Of a stretch of DNA of 64,000 bases, positions 1-12,333 are shown in pieces. Positions within the stretch are counted from its first letter, which is position 1. Each line of letters opens with the position of its first letter. The stretch lies in the NCBI GenBank assembly GCA_964035545.1, contig OZ037766.1, positions 5,570,722 to 5,634,721 of the forward strand, given 5' to 3'. Position numbers and translations under genes: made by a program. The DNA is from Bugula neritina (lineage: Eukaryota; Animalia; Bryozoa). The notes under the pieces are model-generated. The model saw only the letters and a program-made list of their open reading frames with translations. It did no database searches and was not told the origin of the DNA.

Positions 1-784
1 TCAAATCCTGACCTCACTTATATCCGCTCTGTCCTGTTCGGGTAAATAAATTTTATCAAATATTGCAGTTTATTCTGTAATGCTATCAGCTTATGAAGCA
101 ATAAAACATTTTCACTTAGATATCTATTTAATGAATGAAAACTTTATAATATTATCGATGTACTACAATTTTGAAATTAAGACTTTCTTTTTTGGCATGT
201 AAACTAAATAATTAAAAAAAGTTTTATGCTTGAAAGAAGATAAATTATTTGCATTTGAAAATAATCTATAATCGCCTTCAGACTGGTGGCAATTAGGTGT
301 CAGACATAAAGGGATGATTTTTTAATTTATTAGAAAACGCATTTTTTTATTTTGCTAGCCATATTTTCATGGTTAGATTGGCATTTCAATTAGGCATGTA
401 TGTATTTATAGAATTGAATTAATAACTTGACATGCAGTGCGAGATACATTTTATATAACAAGCTAAAAATGTTTATATTAGAAGAAAATATTATGTGAAC
501 ACAATTTGATTTTATATATCTTTATGTTTTCTAAACTTGGTAGATCCAGCTTTATTTTTCATATATTGAAACAGCAAATTAATTATCGAAACACTATAAA
601 CTTATATATAGGACTATAAATATACGACGTGTAAAATCCTTAGATTTACAAGATTCTTATACACATAAAGTCTTATAATTTAAAACTCTAAGTTGCCTTT
701 TATTGACCCAGAAAAAGTTTTGCGGGGTATAATTATGGTGCTACGTATTATTCTAAAGCACTCAGAGTTCTGAGCTGGTTATAG
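1..784 (+). CDS. Possible 3' end of an upstream gene (partial; candidate exons 1-41 and 712-784)
   Basis: Open frame SNPDLTYIRSVLF ends at GG|gtaaat (42). The acceptor ttttattgacccag (711) continues in phase as GKSFAGYNYGATYYSKALRVLSWL-stop. No family recognised; could be chance. Confidence 0.25.
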
Positions 785-2749
785 AGCCATGCTTGTAATC
801 AGAATCAACATAAATATGTACAGATACTAAAATAGCGGTATAAATAAGCAAAATACTTTTTTTTCAAACTTTCAACATCTACTGATGATGACATGTAATT
901 TCACAGCAGCTGCTGACAGAGTGCTGTACAGTCATCGGGTCAACTGTTTCAATTGTTTATAAATTGGGTGATGATAAACTGTTCATCCTTTACACATGGC
1001 TAGTATCTGGCACATGGTTGCAACATGATGACCTTTGTCAGCACTACAACAATATGAATCAGCTTTTCCGTATAAAAATATTATGCTGTAAAATTTTGTA
1101 AAGGGGAATTATCATTTTCTAAGTTTGTAAGAAACTGGTATCCTTGTGTAAACTACGAAATTTAAAGCTGTTTGAAACAAATATTTTGCAAATATAAGAC
1201 ACACCTAATTACTCAAACGTGTATGCTTTTGGAAAATCATGTTTCTATGACCTATGGCATGATAATATACTTTTTAACTAAAGCTTAGAGACTTGAATTA
1301 AGATATAATTTTGCAATTACTGGAATTTGAGGGCAAAAAATTTCTTTTATGCTAAGACAAAAGTAGAACATTGTTTGTGTAAGCATTTAGCTATTTTATC
1401 ATTTGTGTATTCATAAGAGATAATACGAATTTTAGGCGCTCCAAATTAGTAGACTTTCATTATATTCAAAATTGCAATGCCCTGTTACCTTGGATAGCTT
1501 AAAGCATGAAGTCTAGAAAAATTGCGAAAATTAACGTTTTATAATCTGTACAGTTGCTTTTCATCAATTTCATGAAAAACCTGAATTTACTATTTTAGAC
1601 ACAGGCACAAGTTATTTTACGTTTACCCCAACTTTGTGTTTTAGGTGGTGTTTTGATAGAATATTATTGCAATGTTTGATTTGTGTACTTGTTGATTATT
1701 AAGAACTGCGATCCTGCACGGTCTACAGCCATTGAATTGAAGATAATGTAATCCAGACATGTAAAGCAATCATATTATTCTTACAATATTAAACTTAGAT
1801 AAAATAATTCCTAATGCCGAGGCTTTTATAGTAATTACTCTTATTAGCTTGGAGGTTATAGTATGGCTGGAGGAGTGAGGGGGGACTATGATGCAGCCCA
1901 AGCGTATATTTTCAATAGTATAGAACCAAACAGTAACAAAAAAACTTGACACCTAAATGAAATACTTGTTGCTACACATAAGGCAAATTTATATAGCTTT
2001 TTGTGCATGCATGTATTGAAAGTTTGCTCTTATGTATGGGAACCCAAAACAAATGATCATATTTTAATTATAGCCCAGCAAGGAATACACTACAATGCAT
2101 CAAACATGCACTTGAATATTAAATTTACAAACATATTATGGTGTATCAGTAGACACAATGAACATCAATGCAAGGTGCAAGAGAAATAATTGTTATGTTA
2201 AATATTGATTGTCCACCTACAACTAAGGGTATACAACTCTTAACCATTGAATTATGTTTAATTTATGGCCTATAGCACTAGCATATTACCTAAAAATACA
2301 TCGGCAATCCTTACAGTAAACTTGCATGGCATGCAAAGAAAATGCTAGTGTAGAAAGCTCAGAGAAACTAAAGACTGAACTGATGCTGCATAGGAAGTGA
2401 AGGATATCAACGCAATTCAAACTAGAACTCTGATGCTTTTAGCAAAGTACAAGAATAACTCGTCATAGTGAAAGCAACATGGCTAGTAATGGTTTACTGC
2501 ATTTAATTGGGCTAGTAAGCAGTAACAACTTCATCTTTATAATATTATGAAACAATGCAAACTGTGAAAATAAGCATAGCTGTACACACATAAACAATTT
2601 AAAACTAATTAATGACAGTTTTATGTTTATTAAACAAACAATTGAATTCACAGTAAAACAATTGAGCTCACAGGAGTAGCGATGACAACTATAAACATAT
2701 ATAAAAGATAAAAAGTTTAATTACAGAAAAAAGAACAGTTAAGCTGACA

Positions 2750-4893
2750 TTATGCTGCCGATGATTCACCCCCATCTGCTGACTGCGTATTCATGTCAGC
2801 AGTCAGCTTTGCTACTCGTTGTGCAATAAGATTGGCTTTATTTTGCTTCTTCAGCAACTTTTTAGCTTTTTTCTCTTGCTCTTCTTTCCACTCCATCATC
2901 TGTTGAAACTTGAGATCTTTGTGACTAACTTCATAGCCAAAGAATTCCCTAGCTTCCTCTAGCAGCGCTTTATGGCGCTCCAGCTACAATAAGTTATGCT
3001 TTCATCTTTACTTTCATACAAGAATTTATTTTGTACCTTACAAACTTTAGATTCAAGTGCGCATGTGCTAATTATTGTACATTAAATTATGACGTTTTCT
3101 CTAACTGCAGGTGAGAATGAAAATCTACAAATTTTCCCCAACTTCCTGTTCAATGGGTGTCTTATTGGACTGATTGTTGACTTATTTTTGATTGTTAACT
3201 ATTAAGCTGTGTATCCAGTGGCATATTTAGAAATTGTGCAACCACATGGTTAATGAGGTGCAGCAGATTCTCAAACATTACCAGGGACAAAACCGTACAG
3301 TGAGAGGTTAGAGTCTAAATTAGATTGCAAATTTATATAACAAAAACCATAGTAATTATATATAGCAATTATTGTTCTTGGTATTTAGTGTTTCATAAAC
3401 CTATTGTCAGCATCATAATTCACCAACATATTCTTATTCTAAGTAAAGTTCTAAAAATATTTAAACCACAATTAATACCGATATTCAGCTAGTTATAACT
3501 AAGATGCCTTAGAATTATTCATACAACATTTCAAATTCCATATAAAACCTCACCTGTTTATTATCTTTTTCCAGCTGCTTATTTCGTCTTTCATAATGTT
3601 GCTGTATATACTCATCCATTTTTGACATTCGCTCTTCAATACGCTTTTGGTGTTGTTCAATCTCTTCCTTTTCTAACAACTTCTTCTCCCGTAATATTTG
3701 GATACGTTCAGTTACTGGTTTAGATAACTGAGCTTTGGCAATTTCTCTCTAGAAATTGTAGTAACAGCAGTTAACAAAAAAGGAGACACCTCCACCAGAT
3801 GTAGCAATCAAATAAAATTCTTCAACTGTAAGCCTATTTACTTTTTTTTCACCTGGTGATGTGTTATCATTAATAATAATACTGAATTATGACAAACTTA
3901 AAGACTGGCTTGAGACAATGATTTTCAACATCATATTGAAAGTGGTTATTGATTATTATTATTAATATTATCATACTAATTATTACTTAAAGTCAATAAA
4001 AATATCTACAACTACTGTAGTGTGCGTTACAATAATAATTGCTTATAATATATTAAAATAACACTTACATTAAAGTTATAGCATTAATGTTGACTGTCTT
4101 ATACTGATTTAATAAAGCTAACTTAAAAGTAATTTCTATTTTCTACATTATTAGTTAGTATTACCATTACATTAGTATTAGGCTACTACCACTATTCACT
4201 AATTACTAGTAATTAGGCAAGCCTGTTTATTTGAATTCTAATTTTATATTGCTTAATAAATTACATTAAGTTATTTAATTTTAGCCAATTACTTATTAAT
4301 AACTTAGTATAGAAAATGAAATTTTTCATTAAATTTAATTGAAAGGTTAGGGTAAATGGTTGAACACATTAAATATAATACTGAGACTGAATATGATAGT
4401 GATACGCCTAAGGCTAATCCTATGGATAAGCCCACAGTAATGGTAAATCATAAAGATAATCCTATAGATTAAGATTGATAATTATAATAATGATAATCAT
4501 AATGACAACGGTTAGAAGTAGAACTAGAAGTACCTCAACAACATTTGTGGGTGGCCATAGGAGAGAAGGATTTATTCCAGACGCCGAACCAAATTTAGCA
4601 TAAATTTTATTGTTAAAGCGGTTTGGTTGCTCTGGAAATTCTATAGAAGGGCGCTTGAAGTTTGGAAATCGACGAGCTTGAGTTTCAACTTCAGGGTGTT
4701 GAAGTATGCCTTTCAAGCGCTTGTATAAATGTGGTTTCAACCGAGATATATTAGTAGATGCATTTTTGTTTTCCAGATTATTTTTATACCCACTAGACAA
4801 CTTTTTATTATGTGAAAAAACAACGAGAGGTAGCTTTTGCGGTGTCCATAGGGAGTTATTTTTACAAGCCAGCTTGCTGAAGGGCGCAGCCAT
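2750..4893 (-). CDS. GADD45GIP1: Mitochondrial ribosomal protein mL64 / CRIF1 (GADD45G-interacting protein 1), ~262 aa
   Basis: Exons 4893-4534, 3748-3554, 2983-2750, all phase 0, GT-AG. Motifs YAKFGSASGINPSLLWP and LLEEAREFFGYEVSHKDLKFQQMM match CRIF1 ([33 protein letters not shown]). Basic N-terminus resembles a mitochondrial presequence. Confidence 0.88.
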
Positions 4894-5090
4894 GTTTATT
4901 AACTTAGATGAAGTCCCTTTCTATTTTCCGTAGTACATTACGGGCTTTCAAGAACCACTCAACGTCTATTTTGATACAGTGCAATCTAGAATAATGACTA
5001 AAGACGTATTTTAAGAGATCAAGTGTTTTTTTTTATAGTGTACAGCATTGAATAAGAGACCTCAAAGATACCACTACATTAGGCAAATAA

Positions 5091-5123
5091 TGATTAGCTA
5101 TTGAAACAGTTGCAAGCCAATCA
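5091..5123. promoter_or_regulatory. Inverted CCAAT-like pair in the GADD45GIP1/DNAJB12 divergent region
   Basis: TGATTAGCT(5091)...AGCCAATCA(5115), about 200 bp upstream of the GADD45GIP1 ATG; motif match only. Confidence 0.35.
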
Positions 5124-5169
5124 TAGCACTTTTAACATTATGCTTACAAGACAAATCTTCACAAGTAAT

Positions 5170-5960
5170 ATTATCATAATTATTTACTATTTAGCCTTGC
5201 CTGAATCATAATGATAATCTGATAATTATAATTTATAATATTTAGAAAATAATAGTTATTATTTAAATTAATAAATGTAGTTAATGATTAAGTGATGATA
5301 ATCGTAATGGTTAATGAATACGTGATGGCTGATGATGATAATAATAGATGATAACCTAAAGTTGAATATTTATCTTAAATGATTATCATTATCATTATGA
5401 TTATGACCATTTTATGATAACCAATATGAATATCATAATATAATGATAATCATAATGGTTAAACTTAATATTTATGTTAAAGTTTATGTTATACTTATAA
5501 TAATAAATATAATCATAATGTTATAGTAAGAGTAAGTCTAATAGTAATAGTAATACTTAATTATAATACTAATAGTAATACACTAAATACTAAAAGTAAA
5601 TAGTAAAACTAAAAGTAAATAGTCATACTAAGTCTAATAGTTATAGTAATAGTAAATGTAATAGTAATACTAATAGTAGTACATTACTCATTACTCATTT
5701 ATTCATTACTCTTAGTGTTACATTATTGATATTCATATTCATATACTTATTCTTAATAACTAATAGTAATAACTATAACTCTATAAGTATATCAATATGA
5801 ATATGGAGTGAGAGTCTAATTTAAACTAAAAGTTTGAATTACTAAAAGTAAACCTAATTACTAATAAATATTAGTAGGTAATTAGTTATACTTATAGTTA
5901 TAATCTTTAAGTTTAAGTTAACCAAGTTAAAGTAAAAGTTGTATGAGCTAACTCTAAGTA
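5170..5960. repeat. Degenerate AT-rich tri/hexanucleotide low-complexity tract (AAT/GAT/AATAGT-like)
   Basis: Runs such as aatagtaatagtaatact, gatgatgataataata, aaaagtaaatagt. Confidence 0.7.
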
Positions 5961-6745
5961 TGATGAATCCACTTACATGATCAAATTGTGAGTAGTTAGA
6001 ACTATGTGGTATTTCTGTTTTGTGTGTTTTTGTGTACTGATCTTAAAATCATTTAGGTTGCTCTTTTTAGTATTAAATGAAAATATACATTGCAATTAGT
6101 GTAACAATCATAGCTTGTATGGTTATTACATTTAGTTTTACTATCAAGATTTCTATCATAATTTTATTTATTCACATATGACCTCTTGGATATAATTATT
6201 GTTAACAACTTTAGTAATAATAGTAGTGAATTAATGTGTAATGAATCCGGAATGTTGAACTTGAACAGTTATTGTAAGCTTACATAGTGTTGTTTTATAA
6301 CCATAAAATATTAGACCAATGATAATGACCTAGCTATTAATAGTTGTGTTCATCAGGTGTTCTAAGTTTCCTAATTGTAGTTCATATAATGCTACATATA
6401 CTTATCTAAAACATTTGTATTTAACTTGAAATAATTTAATAAAGTCTGTAGCGTTTTCTGTTGAGTTTAGTTATTTTTACATAGTGCTAAAACTTTGATT
6501 TTTCAGTAAATTGATATTGTTTGTGGTACTATGATATATTATAGGGCTAAAGATTACGTAATTCAAGCTGGAACATAAGTGTTAACTAACGATCAGATAC
6601 AAGTTTAGAGACAGAAACTAAATTATGCAATGAATATGTAGTAATATAATAAATAAATTTATACTTTTAAAAGAGTGATATCCACTTTTGTAGTCGCATT
6701 GGCTGCTCAAAAGAGAAGAAATCAACAATTGTGAGTATAATAGTA

Positions 6746-9700
6746 ATGGAGTCTAATAGAGATGAAAGCGTCAAGTGTCTTAAAATTGGAAGGGATTCTC
6801 TTGTCAAAATGGATTATGATAAAGCTCTTAAATTTGCCAATAAATCCCAGAAGCTCTACCCTTCCCAACAGGCAGAAGGTAAGCTGTGGATTTATTAGAA
6901 TAGAAGTTTTCAGATTTGGTTTGGTTTGCTCTTAGTATGATGACTTGCTAACCATGGCAGCAATTGCTACAAAAATTGGAACTAGCGTAACCAATGGGTA
7001 AAGATGAGTTTGAGTATAAGTTTTTATATCATTTAGGTATTGATATACCTTAAATTTTAGTTTAAAGAAATGGTAAAGCACTATTTGTTTATATTTTCAA
7101 GTAACTACTAAATAAAAATCACAAATATGTATAATTTTGTTTTAATATTAGTGTAGGTCACAGATGAGACTATTTTAATATCTTCTTAGAAGTTGGATGA
7201 TTAGTGTGACACAATTGCTCCCTATTTATATAGCATTTAGTAGTATTTAAAACCATAGATTTTTTTTAAAATTAAAGGTTTTCAAGTAGTTCATTAATTA
7301 TATTGGTTTTCACATTTTTAGCTTTAAAAAATGATAGACCATGTTCATGAAATTAAATGCAAACCTATGCTAAGAAAAACAAAAACTCAGCATATCGAAA
7401 AATGTTCAACAGTCGGCATTTTATTTTGTTTTAGTAGCACTAGGATCAATAGATATAGTTCATGTCCTTTCTAAACCAATAGTTTTTTGTTTTTGTAAAT
7501 TTCTATTTGTCATATGTTGGCTTAAGCGCAAAACTGAGTGAGGTCTGCTGATAAGCATGTTTTAAATTTTTTCTGATTTTTTTAAAACCGGTGTTGATGA
7601 TTTTGTGCTATTCAAGCATTATTTTCCATCTAATGCAGACCTTATAAAGCTAATAGAAGAGAAGAGAAATTCAACGCCAACAGAAAACAGTGAGAGTGAA
7701 GGAGTTAGACAGAGACGTGGCAGTTTCTCTAGAACTAATGGGACGACTCCAATACATAAAGAGAATGAGTCAGTTGAGCCAGCCTACACTCCGGAACAAT
7801 TGGCGTCTGTTAAACGGTAGTACCACCTCTGGCAACTCATGCAATTGTATAAGATTTTATGTGATTGGCTTTAAAAATTAAACAGAGGACCAATCTCGTA
7901 TAAAAGTATGTTGAAGTGACACTTGGGGTTTTTCAAACTTTAAAAAATCAAAAATAAAAATACTCTAACATTGCATTTGTGTACTTTATATATAATAGAC
8001 GAAATTTCTGTAAATTGTTTTTACTTGCTTTTATTGTTGTAATAGCCAATAACTCATTGCATTCTCTTTCCAGAATAAAGAAATGCAAGACCTACTATGA
8101 AATTCTGGGGGTCAGCAAAGATGCAACAGATTCGGACTTGAAAAAAAGTTATAGAAAGATGGCATTGCAGTTTCATCCGGATAAAAACAAAGCACCCGGT
8201 GCAACAGAGGCTTTTAAATGTGAGTGGCAAAGTATTTTTAGTCCACCACATGGTCTCCTATACGTGCTTGCTATACACATCAAACTGTAGACGATTACAT
8301 GGTGTGGGTGTGTGCTCGCTGGAGTTAGTGGGTGTGAGTGAGTGAGCAGTAGTACTAGCAGTAGCAGCGGTAGCGGTAGTAGTAGTAGTATATAGTAAAG
8401 TATTATATAGGCTAATGTTATTTGATTTCCACAGCAATTGGTAACGCATATGCCATACTGAGTGACAGCAGCAAGAGGAAACAGTACGACTTATACGGAG
8501 AGGAAGACGTCCACCGCCCCAGCTCCAATAGGAATGGTCATCACCGACATTCTCACAGCTTTGAGGCAGATATATCACCAGAGGACCTGTTCAACATGTT
8601 CTTCAGTGGCTCAGCATTTACCTGTAAGTACTGACTGTTGCTTTATTCATCTGTAAGTACTGACTGTTGCTTTATTTACCTGTAAGTAATGACTGTTGCT
8701 TTATTCACCTGTAAGTACTGACTGTTTCTTTATTTACCTGTAAGTTCTGTCTTTTGCTTTATTCACCTGTAAGTTGGGTAGAGTTCGTTTACATGTGAAC
8801 TTTTAATGTTGTTATAATGCTGTGTAAATGATGTAATAACCTATACTATGACACTGTGTATACCTAGTATGTCAAGGTCTATTCCGCACTTGTGTTCAAG
8901 GACAGGGACTTTTGGTGTATGTCTTTGGTAGCTCTGTCTATGAGAAGTGGTAGAACTACAGTAGCTAGAGGTTATATGCAAATTGCCACAGGATTTCGTA
9001 GAATGGCAAATATTTGGTGGAAGTGGTTTAGTTTTAGGATAGGTAGTAATTTTGAGCCAGGTAATAGTAATATGTGGTCTCTATGTTCATGGTTCTCTTC
9101 TATTTATATCTTTGCTTGAAGATACGAGCAGACAAGCGGAACGCTCCAGACGCCACCCTCATTCTGCATTTCATCATCGCAGAGATCGAGAGAGGCAAGG
9201 CTCAGAGGTGTGTCTTCGTTCTAGAGTTATACTCAAGTAGTCATTGCATAAGTTATACTAATGTGTAAATATTGTGCTTTAAGCAACTTTAGTTTTACTT
9301 GTTAACTCAGTAGTTCATAGGACAAGATCAGGCAGTGCAACAGTGTCATTCACCCTTTTTGACCTCAGTTGTTTGATTTAATACAGTGAAAGATCTTTAT
9401 TTATTTCATATAAAGTGTCAATGGCTATAAGGTAGCATGTATTGTACACCAGTTCACATGTTTAGTTATATGCTCTCTTTTGTGATTTTAGGGCATGTTG
9501 AGTGCACTGTTCCAGTTGTCCCCTATACTAATAATGGTAATACTATCACTGTTCAGTATAGCAATGCAAGGCGAAGATCCATATTCCTTCCGAAAAACCG
9601 GGTAAAATGTTTTTCTGTCTTTTCATGTAGTTTCTAATTAAGTTTCTGTTGGATGTATATACAAGATGCACAATGAAAATCTGTGCGATTTTAATCGGAT

Positions 9701-11249
9701 TCAAGTTTAATTGAAAATGAATTTAAAATATAATTTATAATTTTTTTGTCTAATTTACTAGCTAAAATACACTGCTGGACCTGCTGCCACCAAGTACTTC
9801 CTGTCAATGTGAATCATAAGTAAAGTTGTTTGTGTGTTTTAGGTCTTACAGTATCGCAAGAACAACAAGTAAACACGGCATCCCGTACTTTGTAAAAGAT
9901 AGTTTCAGTCAAGCATATAGTGGACGGTCACTTCACAAACTAGAAAGAGAAATAGAAAATATATATATAAGCAATCTAAGAAATGAGTGTTACAGGGAAC
10001 AGATGCAGAGTAAGTTATGTTATACGTGCATACTACATAGATCAATGTAGTAGATCTATTTATACAGTATATACCAGATGTGTAAGATACTGGAACTGCA
10101 GTGAAACCTTAACCTTGATGGTGATTTATTACTCGCTTCCTGAAACTGTAATCTATTTGCTGCACAGCTTAGAGCAGATTTGCTAGCTTTTTGAAAATGT
10201 TTGAAAATTTAAAACTTTAGTACCCATAACATGCTTTCTTTTATATGCAGCTAATTTCTGAAAATTTCATTTAAAAACCCCATAAAATTTGTGACTACTC
10301 ATTGGTAGAAAATAAGTTAATGTGTCAGTGAGTGGTGAAACAGATGAACAATTGTTGCTTCCAGATTCTCATTCATGCTTATAGTTAGGCTGATTGAAAA
10401 GTGTTTGAATTCTCTTGTTGAGTATGTAACTCTTTTTAATCTTAGCCTTGTTTCTTAGCGCAGAACTATGGATTTTTGGTTTATTGGCAGCTATTCAAAC
10501 AATTTGCTACTCATATTGTGAAGCAGAGAACTTTTGCTGACAGGCTTACGTTTAAAAATTGGAATTGAGCAAGATTAATATGTATATACTCATTTATTGC
10601 TAACAGCTAGAGTTCAAATAACCAAGAGTACACAACTCATTATCTAACTTGATGCAATGAAGAAATTTTGTCAGATTTGAAAATTTGGAAATAATAAATT
10701 TATATTTTCTGATAAGACAACTTTTTCTACTTTTTCTGGAACTTCCTAGAACTAAACAAATTTACTACTTTAAAAGAAAAAAATATACAAAGCTATTACA
10801 AAAGTTACAGTTGAAAAGTAAATTAATCATATTTAAGAAGGATAAAAATATGTTTTTGCAGCTAGATAAAACATGCAATAATAGTTCGAAGTTATATCGC
10901 ATTTGAAAAACATTGATTTTTAAAAATTTTCTAGCAGTTTTGTTATTTTTAGAAGCTGCTCGTTAGAAATATAGATTTCTTGCTTCATTGATCTCCGAGT
11001 AAAGACAATTCCTAATGCGTTTTAGATAACAAAATCTAATAAAACCTGTCTATTGTTAACTATTAGTATGCATAGTTAATCTTTCAATATAAACAGCAGC
11101 TTTAAATTTCACATCAGTTGTATGTTTTTGTAGGGGAACAGTTGAGGTGGAAGGCCCGATATCACAGTGACAGCAAAGCTTATGAGCAAGCTAGTAATAT
11201 GCACCTTCATAGCTGTAATAAATTGAATGAACTATTTGGTGAAGGATAG
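6746..11249 (+). CDS. DNAJB12: DnaJ homolog subfamily B member 12/14 (ER membrane J-protein), ~374 aa
   Basis: Exons 6746-6878, 7639-7816, 8074-8219, 8435-8623, 9122-9207, 9492-9601, 9843-10009, 11134-11249; 1125 nt, phases consistent. MESNRDE N-terminus, J domain YYEILGV...[32 protein letters not shown] segment [20 protein letters not shown]1977-type C-terminus (LRNECYREQ...SCNKL). Confidence 0.93.
8617..8775 (+). repeat. 29-bp tandem repeat (~5.5 copies) that copies the exon-4 donor of DNAJB12
   Basis: Unit tttacctgtaagtactgactgttgcttta; CT|GTAAGT recurs at 8624, 8653, 8682, 8711, 8740, 8769. Confidence 0.9.
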
Positions 11250-12074
11250 TGACAAATATTAATATTGTATGCGAATATATATAATTTGTGCAGCCGTTTG
11301 TGTATTATCACATGTATTTTACCTTGTATGTATGCACAAATGTGTAGCCCCATCGCCTTTGAAATGGTAATTTGCAATAAAGTTGCCTCCTAAAATCTGT
11401 GGTAGCTACCAAGAAAATGCGTTCAGGGAACTCTTGGAAGCTGACCTACCCTTACTGGCTCACCACCATGATAATATAAAAATTTAACTAAATTCTAATA
11501 TATTGTTATAAATTTTTGTGTCCACCTGTCTTCGTTTATTGAAACTAAAATTATGTACTTCTATATTGTGGTTAGGTCATACCATTTATCAGTGTATTTA
11601 TTCTTTGTTAGAGTTATAATTTTATGAAAGTTTATTGTACTTTTATTTATGTAACAGATATTTTTACATAATTGTAAATACAATTGGTTTTCAATTACAC
11701 CAAAATAATTAAAGTTTATACCATCTTTTTCAAGCAATATACAAACATGTTTAAATTAGTTTTGTCATTTTTGTGAGTTATGAGATCTAGAAATCTGCAC
11801 TCACTTTCAGGTAAATCTCTAATACCAAATGGTTAAAAAAAACTTAAGGACGCATTGCATACTTTAGATTTGAGTTTAAGTTGTATCATATTATTAAAAT
11901 ATTATACTATATTGCATGTGTAATTTAAATCAAAATCTAAGATCCTTTGATTTGCCGTGATTGCAATTTTTAAGTTCATGGATTGTAAAATAATTTCCTT
12001 TTGCTTTGTATAATGTAATGAAGTGAAGAGTTGTGTTCACTTTAACTTTGTAGACCACAAGGTTAGGACTAAGT

Positions 12075-12110
12075 TGATTGGTTAATCAGACTATCAATAG
12101 AGACCAATCA
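12075..12110. promoter_or_regulatory. Inverted CCAAT pair upstream of fascin
   Basis: TGATTGG(12075)...CCAATCA(12104), about 230 bp upstream of ATG 12334. Confidence 0.4.
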
Positions 12111-12333
12111 GAGAATAATAATTACGTTATTCTTCTGCACGCATGAAGTATAATAGCCATTATTCTTGCATCAATTTTCAAACTGTTTGTTTTCGTTGTC
12201 ATTGTGTGGCCGGCTACGCAGTGTTTTTTCAAGCTCATAAATCTGCCATTGGCCTATTATTTGATATTTACTTTGCAGAAGTTTAATAATACGTTAACAT
12301 AATATTGCAACCTGCTAGTACCATTGTATAAAC

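Noticed and set aside
907-1100. Stop-free stretch after an acceptor-like ttcacag
   Set aside because: No recognisable homology or phase-compatible partner exon.
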